Positions 27,001 through 38,685 of a stretch of DNA of 64,000 bases are shown piece by piece. Origin of the DNA: Hamiltosporidium tvaerminnensis FI-OER-3-3. Lineage: Eukaryota > Fungi > Microsporidia. The stretch's first letter is position 1. Every line of letters begins with the position of its first letter. Under the pieces are notes generated by a model. It saw nothing but the letters and a program-made list of their open reading frames with translations, had not been told where the DNA came from and did not search any database. Made by a program: the position numbers and the translations under genes. The stretch covers positions 1,984,001 through 2,048,000 of the forward strand of contig JAKIMF020000001.1 of assembly GCA_022605425.2 (NCBI GenBank), in the 5' to 3' direction.

Positions 27001-28199
27001 CAGGCGAGAGGTTATAACAATGGCATGCGTTTTATCATTTTGTTGCTAAAAGCGTAATGTTTAATGACTGACTACGATGTTACATATACATAAGCTCCCC
27101 ATAATACATATATACTTAAAATATAGCAGAATACTCTTCTCGTGTGGTCTTAAGAATGATTTCTTGACCATATTGGGGAGTAATTTACCTAATCTAGCTC
27201 TTTATTTCATATATAATGTCATTTTCATATTAGTTTTCATTGTTATTTCTTTAATAAGTTAAGTGACTAAGCTTCTTCATCTCATTCCTCGAATTTTCAT
27301 TTATAATTTTATTTCACCTTTAAGAAGTTTTATATAAGTACAATATCATGTTTGGTATTTCTCTACCATGTAGAATTTCTGCTTTTTTTATGATGTTTCT
27401 TTTTGTCTTTGATTATCGGAAAGTAGCTTTGAGTATATTTTTACTTTGAACTCTATACTAACTTAAAGTCTTCAATATTTTCAGCTGGAAATTTAGAAGT
27501 TCTTTAGATAGTTGAGATTGATGTATTTTTTTCTTTATTAGCAAAGCACTTTGATTCTTTCAAATTCAAAAATTCGCCTGGTCGAAGTCATAGTACGGAT
27601 ATACGATGCTTTATAGAAAAGGTTTCCTGGTTCTTGATTGCTTAGAATATATTTCTTGATTTAATTCAATCTTATAAAATTTCTCTAATCTTTAAACGGT
27701 TTGATATTTTATTTTTAAATGAACTGCTTGCTGGGTACCAATGATATATTTTATTACTACAGGGTAGTTTCAAGCAGTTATTATTCAAGAAGAGGTGCTT
27801 TATTTTATGAGAATGGATCGTTTGGGGCTTAATACTCTCTGTATGTTTCCAATCCCATATTTTTCTTAGTCTTTTACTCTTCTCAGTCTTTTTTTTGATT
27901 TTTATTTAACTTTTGCTAGGATCTCAAAATCAATAATAAATTCGATATAAATAATGAGTGAATTCGTGATCTGTTTTTATTGTCACCTTTTTGTATTTAT
28001 CGGTGGGCTTTTAGCTTAATAAATACATATAAAACACAAAAAAATGAGGTAAATACATATAGTAAAGCACTATTTTCTTTAATATGTTCTTTTATAATTT
28101 TTTACTTTTCTAATTTAATTTTCCAGTTCATTCTTTTTACCAAAAATTATATCTACTCAGGAAATAAATCTTTCGATGCATTCTGTTAGATAACTATAA

Positions 28200-29150
28200 A
28201 GTACTGATTCTAATCAGTTTTTCTATAGTCCTATATTGTCTAAGGATGTTCTCGTTTTCTGTATTAAAGAAATGCAATTATGACGTTTTACTTTTCTTCT
28301 CACTGCACCCAACTGAGTATCTGATAGAACCCTGGTATTTCACTCTGTTACTTACAACTTTCGTCACAATTTCTCACTTCGGCTTATACAAGTTTGAAAT
28401 ATATAGGCTAAATGCTCATAAATTTGCTTTAGTCTAAATTCGGGTATCAGATAGCTGCTTATAATACTAAGGTTAGACCCAAAGGGTCATTCAAAACACA
28501 AGACTTGTAGAATTTCATAAAGTATACATGAAGAATCACAGCATTTTTGAAATATAATTTTGCAATATTCGGTGAATTTTCTTTGTATAACAGATAAATG
28601 ATATCCGAAGACCGATCAAATGAATGAAATGGCCTGATTAATACCCGAACAAATGAAACCAAACACTAATCATATGTATACAAGTTGTCTTTTTCTTTTT
28701 ACTGTAGATTAAAATTTCGTTACGTTTGACACGAAGCTCGATGTTTCATGCCTAGATAACAGGCGAAAAAAGCAACTTCAACATAACATAACACAAACAT
28801 AGTTTATCTTTTAGGTATCTCTCTCTACTCTCATATTTCTCATTTTTTTTCTAAAAGATTTCCATCGTCTTTCTTTTAAATAAGAGCAATTGAAGATCAC
28901 TTAAACTACTCATCATAAATTATGCTTTCACTTGGTTTTCGTAAACATTTTCTCTTCGAAGCGATAGGTTTTGCTTCTTAGGCATTCTCGGGGAGATCTT
29001 TGCAAGATAAATACGCAAAACGTCTGATATATTTCACTTTCAAATTATCTAGGTTTCAATAAAGCATCTTCTTGCATGATGCCAGGTCTTTTTATATACT
29101 TCTTGTTTTGCGATTAGCGTCTTCAGAACATAATAGTAAACATTTTACGA
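28200..29150 (-). mobile_element. Highly degenerate RT N-terminal fragment of the RLE family
   Basis: Minus-strand remnants YLIP, SNLYK, VTKVV and LSDTQLGAVR occur in the right order. Confidence 0.6.
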
Positions 29151-29743
29151 GTAATTTGGTGAATAGAACGCGCTCTTTAAAAAAAAACACTATTGTTACA
29201 ATATTTTTTTCTGAGATGGAAAAAACCAAACAAAAGCAAAACATACAAAAACTATCTATAGTAAAGAAAAAACTGATAAAAAGATTTTTATGCTAAATAA
29301 AGCAATCCAAAACATAACGAAATAGCCAACTTTTTTTTAATAAGTCGTTCTGTTCTACGGATTGAACACAATTCAACGATGAATCATAACTTAGCGGTGT
29401 TATCGGCGTTCTAAAGACAAATTACCATTTATTGATTAGGTTGTCAGCCTAGCGCAAACTTTACGAACGAAAGATAAAGGGTGCATTTACTGGGGAACAC
29501 AAAACAACTAAACTTGTTAAAATTTATTTATTAAGTTAATCTTTTAATAAGAAGATTGCTATCTGAGGATAATTTATTTTACTTACAAAGAAAGACCTCA
29601 TTTGCAGTTATAAACTCAAATCATTATAGAGAAAGCTTTTTAAAAGAAATTTTGAAGCTATGATACAAAAATCTTTCTCTTTTTTAATTAATAATGATAT
29701 GCGATAAAAAAAGGAAATCGAGATAACATTAAATAAATTAAAA

Positions 29744-30316
29744 TTGATTTTTTTGACAGTAATATATATAGTAACAAATAAATCGTTGGGTATGAATAGG
29801 TGTCCGATTTTAAGTAGTATATCTGAAAATGAAAGCTATAGGAATGAAACAAGAGCAAATGTTTTTCAATCAACAAGTGAACAGAGTACTAGCAAACTTG
29901 ACCAAAATCGTATAAATGACAATATTGTTGTTACTAACTTTTCTCTAGCCGAACGAACACTAATTCAGCCATCGATCATACCAGAATTTGATAATGATAA
30001 TAGCCTTCGAATTTTGAATCTTGAATCATCTAATAGTCATCGAAACAATATTTGCGTTTTACAGCTAGAATTTAAATATATTTTCATGCTTTTGATTGAA
30101 AATACACTTTTCATATCTTTATCAGTAGTGTCAAATAATAATGATTTTTTTACAACCGTTTTTTCCCTTTACTATATGATAATTCTATTTATATTTTACA
30201 AGTATATGAGAGGAAGTAAAGATTTCAATTATCTATTGTTTGGTCTTTCCATTTTTTTTATACTGGTGAATATTTTTATGCTACGCATTTTTTTAAATAT
30301 TTTGTTAAAAAATTAA
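29744..30316 (+). CDS. Hypothetical membrane protein with ~3 C-terminal TM helices (probable ATG start at 29792)
   Basis: Intact ORF with an S/N-rich N-terminus and a hydrophobic C-terminus. A paralogous pseudogene lies at 5531-6075. Confidence 0.7.
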   Translation: MIFLTVIYIVTNKSLGMNRCPILSSISENESYRNETRANVFQSTSEQSTSKLDQNRINDNIVVTNFSLAERTLIQPSIIPEFDNDNSLRILNLESSNSHRNNICVLQLEFKYIFMLLIENTLFISLSVVSNNNDFFTTVFSLYYMIILFIFYKYMRGSKDFNYLLFGLSIFFILVNIFMLRIFLNILLKN

Positions 30317-30414
30317 AACTTCTATTGAGTTGATATATTTTTTTCTTTTTATATATTTTATTGTTGCTATTTTTACAAGAGCTGACGAATAATGGTTTTT
30401 AAATGTTATTATTT

Positions 30415-32015
30415 TTAGAATTAAAACTGGGAGATCGAAGACAAAAAAACTGTGTTGTAATTTTACCCCCATTTTGTTTAGAAGTTGATTTTTTCAATAG
30501 ATGAGCATAAAAAAGATATCAACGGGGATTTTCCTGTTAATCATTATAATAGGCACCAAAAAAGCAAATAGAAAGGGTTTAAAGGCTTTGTCGTTAGAGA
30601 TAGCATCTAAAACTATGTTATTTTTGCAAATTAACAAATCAATATCGTTAATTATTTATTATGTAGAACTGTTCAGACTTATACAGGTTGTGCACTCTTA
30701 AGTTGAATGATGTAGTGTGTGCGATGTTGGCAAAAAAAATTATACACTTCGGACTAGTTGGAAAGAGAGTTTACCCTTTTGATTCGGAACTTAGAACTGG
30801 CCTTACAATTTGAGTCGAAGTTACAATATGATTCTGCCGGTATAGAATTATCTGGTAAAAAAAGTTTAAGAAATATAATTCTTAAGCCATAAATTCTTAA
30901 GCTGATAATACAAAAAATTTCCATATGTTTTTTAGAAACTCTTTGATTTAATTTATAAGTAGATAAAATAATTCTGTAGCTTCTCAACTTGCAAAATTCT
31001 ACATTAAATAATAAATGAAAACCTTATAAACATTTATATCGTCAAAGAAAACGAGCTTGTAAGTGTTATTGATCCTCTAAATGGAGAGAAAATGGAATAT
31101 AAGAAACGGTTTTGCTGCTATATCTAAGCTAAAATATATTCCGGAAGGCAAAAAGTATGTTAAACACTGTAATAAATTTTGTAAACAGTAGAAAGTTAAG
31201 CAAAGAGATGAGAAAAAATAGTTGGTCATGACTATACTAAACAAAATACTGAAGAGACACGATACATACATTTGCTCCTAATAAAATGATATATATATAA
31301 ATCTTCAAACGCATTAGGAATTACCCAGTTCAAAAAATTCATAATAACCAGAAGGCAAAGTCAGGTATAGAGAATAGGATATCAACTGATGTCTAAATTT
31401 GGAATAATAAGCCCGGTATATTATTTTTGGACAGACAATCGAATATGATAACCCTCATTTAAGAATGTTTTACTTTCTAAGATCCACTTCAAATAGTTAA
31501 AACGGAGAAGCTTAATAATTATGATCTATTGTAAATGAGTTAGTCTTAACTATAAATTAGTTAGGAGATACTTCTGTAAGAGATGATCTAGGACGATAAT
31601 GTAACGAAATACCATAAGACTTTTCTCAAAAGACTGCAAAAATCTTATGGATGTAGAGGAATACATTCAAATTGATAGTGTATATGACGACGGTCGGTCA
31701 ATTTCTTTTGATCGACAAAGAAAACTTCAGTCGGAACTAAAATCTTAAGAGCGCTATAAAGTGCGTCATCTAGTGTTATTATAGAGCCGAGTGACATAAA
31801 CAGCCATAAATTACTTTAAAGCAAATGAATAAGCGGAATATAGGGTCTAACGATTAAATACAATTTTTTATTCTTTAATATTTTAGATGGGATAACCATA
31901 CCGGAGGAACCATTAATAAAGATGAATACAGTGTCGAATTTAGAGGAAGACTTTGAAGTGTAAAATAATGGGAAAAAATATTTAAAATAAAGAACTATTA
32001 ACCTAAAATTATATT
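30415..32015 (+). mobile_element. Old 5'-truncated degenerate copy of the RLE element
   Basis: Remnants of ISLINY, QLAK, NELVSV and ISFDRQR, plus a decayed 3' end 'ttaacctaaaattatatt'. Confidence 0.7.
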
Positions 32016-32131
32016 TAATTGGGGTGAAAAGCGGTTAGTGATTATTTCTTTTATTCTCTGTAATCAAGATCCAAAAAAGAAATTTGTTTAAAATTATATA
32101 ATAAAATAATTATGTCTACTTAAATGATGTT

Positions 32132-32326
32132 GGAGGGAGGATAACCACATAAAAAACTTTCTGCTTGGCAATGAGTGTGTGAAACTGGTGTGAGGTCATT
32201 GTTTGGATTTTTGGTGGGAATAAAACCACATTACATCTTTGGTTGTTCCATGGGAGTTTTTATGAGGGGGTGAGGTCTGAGAAATGGAGAAACTTTTTCT
32301 ACGAATTTATTTGTAATTTTTTATGT
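32132..32326. mobile_element. MITE-like element, second copy (opposite orientation to 13724), far TIR interrupted
   Basis: 'ggagggaggataaccacataaaaaac...ctgcttggcaa...ttgtttggatttttg' aligns to the reverse complement of 13724-13937. Confidence 0.65.
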
Positions 32327-32715
32327 AACTAGATTGCAGACCGCAGCTGAACATGTAAATAATTACCATGTAAAAGCATGGAAACCTAGCCTGGCTCACT
32401 CGGGTTAGAAGACTTAGCGCCTGAGAGATATAAAACAAAAAACTATTTAAAGCCAGGAAAGCTAAGTAGCAGGTTATACCTGTTGGTATGCCATTGCACT
32501 GTCTAAGTGGACCCCATGTAAGGCTCGTAAATATATCTTAGCTAGAAGTTTCTTGGGTTCAGAAAGTGTAGAGTAAATGGGAGTGCTGCATAGTCTTGGG
32601 GGAGCCCAGAGGAGGCTTCGGCCTTCGATCACACTCCATGCAACGAACATTAACGAACTCCGGGCAACTGCCTCGCCTATTATTATAGTTCTACACACCT
32701 GGTAGATGAAAGGCT
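32324..32715 (+). mobile_element. Candidate LTR (~370 bp) followed by a PBS-like TGG, or a structured ncRNA island
   Basis: Starts TGTAACTA and ends TAGTTCTACA (32695), which are inverted termini. TGGTAG follows at 32700. GC-rich relative to the flanks. No gag/pol seen. Confidence 0.35.
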
Positions 32716-32912
32716 TTGGGATGTAGGTATTGCAGGGGTTACCGATGGAGTGTTGGGGTAGCAGTCATTTATGTAAAACCTAGAACTGCGTTAATGTCAT
32801 GAAAAGACAGTGAGAATTGCCACCATTTTAAAAAGATGTGATACTTTTAAATAAATAGTTTATTAATAAATAAAAACTGATATATTTTTTCAGTTATTAA
32901 CTTATTAATTAC

Positions 32913-35267
32913 ATGAAACCCATATACATTCAACATAAAAAATGGCTTACTGCAATTCCTTTTCCCTATATTTTATCTTTTTACTACATGTGTGCTGATA
33001 GCTTCTCTTACAAGCGTATCATTTTATATTATAAACGAAGAGAACAGAATTTCAAATCTAATAGAACGCGCTCATACTATTGAAAATATGTTTTTAATGA
33101 AAATATAGAATATTTCAATAAGAATAATAAAATTACATTGTTTCAAAACAACATATTATCTCATGAACGCAAGTTTGGAACAACAAAATATTAAAATCCA
33201 GATATTATAGCACTGCCATACACGAAAAATATGCTTCTCAATTCTACACTTTTAATATCCTTATTTGATAGAGAAAAAACAACTTTTAGACTGTTTATTA
33301 AAAATATTTCAAGCTCAAATTTTCTTCTTTTCCTTGAATTGGTAAAGAAATCGAATATTCTTACAAATCAAATAACGATTAAGGCTTTTCTGGAAATCTT
33401 AAGAATTATTACTATATTAGATAATAAAAAATCTAAACAGAGAGATCTCTTTATTAAAGAATTATTAAGAAGTCTTGTATATGGACTGAATACATTGTCT
33501 TTTGGTTTTTATTTAAATGAAAGTTATTATAATTATCTTATCCATGATACAAAGCGATCATTATCGAGAGATTTATTGGTATTTTTCATGGAATTGGTTT
33601 ATTTTAAAGAAAACAGGACCAAGCACTATCATGTCTTAAAAGAAAACAAGATAACATGTTTCAAGATTGAAGGTTCTGTTTTTTATCAGGAAAAAAACAA
33701 AATGCTTCAAAGAAATAAAAATTGTTTACGATTAAATGATTTTAACCCAAAAAAATTATCGAAGTTGATGACCTCATATCTTCTACGAAATATTTGGGTT
33801 TTTTGCTTAAAATTACACGAATAGATTTTATTTACTTTGCATTTGCCTTATAAGAAACACTTAAAAGTATTTTTGAAATTTTTTCTGGTGCAAAGCTTCC
33901 TTCGGAAATATTTTATATTCATTCAATAAAAAATGCGACAAAACTACTTTTAAAAATGAAAAATTATATATTTTTATAAACTTAAAAGTTTTGAAGTTTG
34001 AATTTGATTTCACCTTAGGAATTAAAAGCGATATTGGTGTCTTACAAAAACATGCTAAAAATTTTAATAAAAACACGTAAAATCGATTTAATACTTTGCG
34101 ATTTTTAATAGATTTCTGTTCTGAGAATTTGAATACATCATATAAAGTTGTTTCATCAGACTATATTTATGATAATAGTGATCCGGGAATATTGAAATGT
34201 ATGCCAAATAACCTTTTGTTTTTTCCTATGTATTGCAAAATTGGTGGATATTTAACAGGCAATCCTCTAAACAAACTCTATTTATAAGTGCATATTATAG
34301 GTATTTCTACGGAGATTTTCTTAAATATTGTTACGATATATTCCGTTTTGAATGTATGAATACTAAAAAAAATTAAGTTTTATATGCTCGATTCATTATA
34401 TCCACAAAAACTTGATAGCCAAGTTTATGTCGCTTTAAGATATTGTAAAACCCTAAAGCATATATATTTTGAAAATATAATAGTATCTAATGAGTTACTG
34501 ATATATATTTTCAAAACAAATTTATTCTTTTACAACAAAATAAAGAATTTCGATTGTTCCTACAGCGAAAAATTGTTTGATATAAATTATACTTTAAATT
34601 TCAATCTAAAGACTATAATTATTTCTAATTCTAAATTTGTATCGAATCGAGACTTTTAAGTATTTGTCAAAGTTTAAATGTGTTTGTAATTTTAAAATGG
34701 AAAAGACACATTTTAATTATAAAAAATTAGCTTCGAGAAAGCCGTTTACAACTTTATTGATTTTTTTAGTAAAAATAAGACTTAAAAGATATTTTTAAAA
34801 CATTTGAATTTAGAATCATCGTATATGAATGATCAAATGAAAAACTTTCTTTATATTTTATCTGAAATTTATTATTTTTCAAGACTTAACTCGATATTTT
34901 TAACTTTCTATCGATTTACAGAAATCGATTTTAAATTTTTCCCCAAAATGAACAAACTAAAAGTTGTTGATATAAATTTTTACGGCTTAACAGAAAGAAT
35001 AGCTTTTAAAAAAGTTTTCGAGAATTCTAATTTATTCGATACAGTAATTTCTATGACGATACATCTTAGTAAAATTACGCCTGGGTACATCCATATTTTG
35101 GGATCTTACAAAAATTTATTAAGTTTAGCTATTGATTTAGATACAATTGATTATAAAAATGTTCAAAACATTCGTAGAAAAAACTTTAAGACTACAGAAT
35201 TCGTCTTAATGAAACCATTCGAAGTGAAAGATTAAATGAAGTTAATGCATACCTAGATTCCGAATTT
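32913..35267 (+). pseudogene. Frameshifted LRR-like family pseudogene; its last codons are displaced to 39081-39112 by the RLE insertion
   Basis: Consecutive ORF pieces (33231, 34096, 34384, 34804) have LRR-like spacing. The empty site reconstitutes ...NEVNAYLDSEFIYNFP*. Confidence 0.75.
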
Positions 35268-35299
35268 TTATTTAATAAAATTCTGGGTTAAAATATTTT

Positions 35300-37144
35300 T
35301 TACCATTTTTTACATGTTTCTTCTACCTCTTTAACCACTTTTGTCTCTTCTTCCAAATCCGACTCTTCATTTATGTTATTGGTCGGTTCCTCTAAAGTGG
35401 TTCCTCCTTGTGAAATAAGGGGTGCTTTATTTTTTGGTTTAAAATTTTTTGCATCATCTTCCTCTCTCTTCTCTCCTTTTAAAGGGGGTGTTGGTTCCTC
35501 ATGCATCTCTGATCTCATAATAACACCCATTGACGCTCTCTCCCAGCTCTCTTCGGCATTTAGTCCTGACTCAAGTCCTCTTCGTCGATCAAAGGAAATT
35601 GTTTCGACTGTTTTCTTAAGTACTATAGACTGAATGTATGCCTCTACATTCATGGGTATTTCTAGTCTTTTAAGATTATGTTCATGGTATTTCGTCACAA
35701 ACACATCCCAGGTCATCACATAAAAGATTATCTCAACACTACACTTATAAATAAGGCCCAACTCATTGGCTAGCAGGTCATACTTCCTAAGTTTTTCAGT
35801 TTCAACTATTTGAAGTGAATCTTGGGAAGTGATTCCTACTTCAATGAGTGTTATCTTATTCTTCTTCTTATCTAAAATAAATATGTCTGGTCTGTTATTC
35901 CGAATTTTAACATCAGTTTTAATTCTGGTGTCCACTCTTATCTCTGCATACTCATTATCAAGAATTTCTTGAACTGAGTGGCTCCTTATTCGTTTTGAAG
36001 ACTTAAACTTATATCTATTTAGAAGGAGAAGGTGTAGGCATCTAACCACTTCATTATGCCGTCTAGTGTAATCATGGCCTAGCATTTTTTCACATCTAGT
36101 TGCTAGATGATCCACAGTCTTACCAGACTTCCCGCAATGTTGACACACACCATCTGCTCCCCAGAATACATTTCTATCCTGGATATAGCAGAACACAGCT
36201 TCATTTCGTGGCCTAATATTTCCTCTCTTTAGCCATCTTGAAGAGTCACTAACACTCACAAGCTCATTTTTCCTTGCATTATATAACTTTGAATGGAGTT
36301 TTCGTTTTTCTATTTCGTTATATAGTTTTGCAAGTTGAGCTTCTTCTAAACTTTTCTTAGTGACTTCTTCTGCCAACCTGTACTTTACTTTTAAGAAGCC
36401 TTTTATTAGTGCAAGATGGGTTTTATTATTATTCTCCACCTTGAGGATTGCTGCTCGTCTAGTTGATATTTCTTTACTTTTTTCCAGACAATCCAAGAGT
36501 TGCAGAAGCATATGTTCGCTTCGCAACTCAACACTATGTAGGCCTCTTCCAAGTTCTGTTCTAGGAAGATACAACCGCTCTTTACATCCTGGGCGGAGAT
36601 GTATCTTATTTTTAACCAACACCGCACGCACTGCATCATCTAACTTAGAGAAGTCAGCCGGTTCAAGTCGAAGTACTCCTATGTGGTAGTTGATTAACGA
36701 TATCGCATGTTGATTAATTGCAGAAAATAAATTTTTTGCGTTTAATCTAGTGTGACAAAGTCTTTCAACTCTTGTTAAAAGTTTGCTTTGTACTTCTTCA
36801 AATGAGCTACGTGTTGGGATTCCTCTGCTATCTTCTATTATTCTTAAATATTTGTAAACACTAACACCTTCTAGAAGAGTAGCAGTATCTTCACAACACG
36901 TATCATTTGTGGCTGACTTCTCTTTGTTAATCTCTAAGCCAATCACCTCTAAAAATTTCTTTGCCTCGCCTGTCATAGCACTCAATGTGGAGCTGTCTTT
37001 TGCAAGGAGCTTAAGATCATCAATAAACAAGAGATGATTAGTAGAATGGGATTCTGCATCTGTTTGTACTGTCACTTTTGTGTATTTTTCATTAAGCTTT
37101 CGGCTTAATGGATCCATACACAACACAAACAACAATAGTGACAA
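35300..37144 (-). CDS. RLE element copy 2: C-terminal RT half, CCHC knuckle and restriction-like endonuclease (fragment of a broken single ORF)
   Basis: HLLFIDDLKL, RLYLPRTELGRGL, CQHCGKSGKTVDHLATRC, RHNEVV, RPDIFILD, IEVGIT, EKLRKYD. Confidence 0.85.
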   Translation of the reverse strand: MSLLLFVLCMDPLSRKLNEKYTKVTVQTDAESHSTNHLLFIDDLKLLAKDSSTLSAMTGEAKKFLEVIGLEINKEKSATNDTCCEDTATLLEGVSVYKYLRIIEDSRGIPTRSSFEEVQSKLLTRVERLCHTRLNAKNLFSAINQHAISLINYHIGVLRLEPADFSKLDDAVRAVLVKNKIHLRPGCKERLYLPRTELGRGLHSVELRSEHMLLQLLDCLEKSKEISTRRAAILKVENNNKTHLALIKGFLKVKYRLAEEVTKKSLEEAQLAKLYNEIEKRKLHSKLYNARKNELVSVSDSSRWLKRGNIRPRNEAVFCYIQDRNVFWGADGVCQHCGKSGKTVDHLATRCEKMLGHDYTRRHNEVVRCLHLLLLNRYKFKSSKRIRSHSVQEILDNEYAEIRVDTRIKTDVKIRNNRPDIFILDKKKNKITLIEVGITSQDSLQIVETEKLRKYDLLANELGLIYKCSVEIIFYVMTWDVFVTKYHEHNLKRLEIPMNVEAYIQSIVLKKTVETISFDRRRGLESGLNAEESWERASMGVIMRSEMHEEPTPPLKGEKREEDDAKNFKPKNKAPLISQGGTTLEEPTNNINEESDLEEETKVVKEVEETCKKW

Positions 37145-38685
37145 ACTATCTCCTTATAGAATCTCTCTTTCAATCTTCTTGCTCTGATTTTTTCAGGCCC
37201 TACTGATATATCAATTTTCCATTTGGATATAATTACCTTAATAAATTTCAGGATCCAATCAGGTAAATTAAGGTTTTCAATGCATTGAGTTAAATAAGCA
37301 TGATCTATTGAGTCATAAGCTTTTTTAACATCAATCCATGTTGCCTTAAGATTATTTCCATACTCTTTATTTAAGGCAATATTCAGTAGAGCCTGCTCTT
37401 TCGCTCCCTGCACACCTCTTACCGCCCCTAATTGGTTCTCTGCAAGCAACCCTCGCCTTTCCACTTCAAGTTGAACGACTTTCGTTACACACTTTTTCGT
37501 TAACTTATAGAGGTTGGACATACAAGTGATTGGCCTGTAGTCAGAGCCTCTTCGTGGAATTCCTTTCGGTATCAAATACGTAAGCCCGCAGTAAAACCAA
37601 TCAGCTTGAGGTGTTCCTTCTAAACATATAACTTTCACAATATCATAAAGATATTTGTGAAGAGTTGTAAGTTTCTTAATTAAAAAATTGTAAATACCAT
37701 CAATTCCAGCAGCTTTCCAATTAGGAAGCCAATTTATGATATTTAAAAATTCATCAAGTGAAGGAAACGTAGTCGGATGATTATCTGATACAAATGGAAT
37801 CAAATAATCATCATACGTGACTGTGTCATCATTTTTGTTCCACATTGTAGACCAAAAACTCACAATTTCATCACGACTAACCACATGCTCGGATTCCACA
37901 CGCTCAGATAACCCACGATAAAATCGACCTCGGAAAAGCTCAAACATACGATTCTCTTTTCGGAATTGCTTCCTACTTTCATGCATCGTAATTTTTTTCT
38001 CGTACACATTCAAAGACTCATTCTTCTTAACTAAAGCCTCAGAAAGATCAGTTACACTGCTCAAGTTTAAATTAAACTCTCGCATGATTTTCTTAAGGCT
38101 CTTCGTTTCCGAAGTGGAGAGCTTTTCCTGCTTACGAGCCTTCTCGAGAAGATCTTTGGAAAGTACTAACTTAGAAATTTTACTTTCTATGTTTTCCTTC
38201 CAAGCGGATCTAGGCTTTTCTTTGCGTGTTGCCTCGTCATAGCATACCTGCGCAGCTTGCATGATATACGCGGCTTCCGTAATTGACTCAGGCACATGAG
38301 CTCCTGCATATTCACCGACTACTCGATTAATGAGATCCAGAACTTTACTATCAACCAATTCATTTGGATGTTTTCTAGTTCGGACCACTACTTTTCCAAT
38401 TTCGTTCTCAGAGATTTCTTTGATTTTACTCAAGAATTTATCTCTCAGGTTTATGTACTCCGTGGTGTCGGTCAAGGTGCATGTATCAGCGAGACAAGTG
38501 GCGATTCTACGTCGCTCTCCATTCTCTTCTGATTTTACATCCTTTCCCATCTCACTTTGTGCCAATTTTTTTAACACTTCGAGAGTTTCAGTGCAGCCGA
38601 ATTTCTCATTATAGTACCTGTGAAGCTCTGTCCAGCCATTTCTTGGCATTCTTTCAAACCTTGTCTGTACTGCAAAAAAAAACAA
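37105..38685 (-). CDS. RLE element copy 2: N-terminal region and RT domains 0-3 (fragment)
   Basis: PNWKAAGIDGI, TYLIPK, DYRPITC, NQLGAVRG, WIDVKKAYDSIDH. Confidence 0.85.
   Translation of the reverse strand: MFFFAVQTRFERMPRNGWTELHRYYNEKFGCTETLEVLKKLAQSEMGKDVKSEENGERRRIATCLADTCTLTDTTEYINLRDKFLSKIKEISENEIGKVVVRTRKHPNELVDSKVLDLINRVVGEYAGAHVPESITEAAYIMQAAQVCYDEATRKEKPRSAWKENIESKISKLVLSKDLLEKARKQEKLSTSETKSLKKIMREFNLNLSSVTDLSEALVKKNESLNVYEKKITMHESRKQFRKENRMFELFRGRFYRGLSERVESEHVVSRDEIVSFWSTMWNKNDDTVTYDDYLIPFVSDNHPTTFPSLDEFLNIINWLPNWKAAGIDGIYNFLIKKLTTLHKYLYDIVKVICLEGTPQADWFYCGLTYLIPKGIPRRGSDYRPITCMSNLYKLTKKCVTKVVQLEVERRGLLAENQLGAVRGVQGAKEQALLNIALNKEYGNNLKATWIDVKKAYDSIDHAYLTQCIENLNLPDWILKFIKVIISKWKIDISVGPEKIRARRLKERFYKEIVCHYCCLCCVWIH

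Noticed and set aside
32410-32640. U1 snRNA (CCATTGCACT loop, UUCG hairpin)
   Set aside because: No ACTTACC 5' end, no GATCA loop I and no Sm site. The stem around ATTGCAC is poor.
37183-37203. GT...AG 20-mer (gtagggcctgaaaaaatcag) as an intron repairing the RT frameshift
   Set aside because: Splicing would restore the frame, but the TAA in the QGD motif remains, and there is no good branch point.
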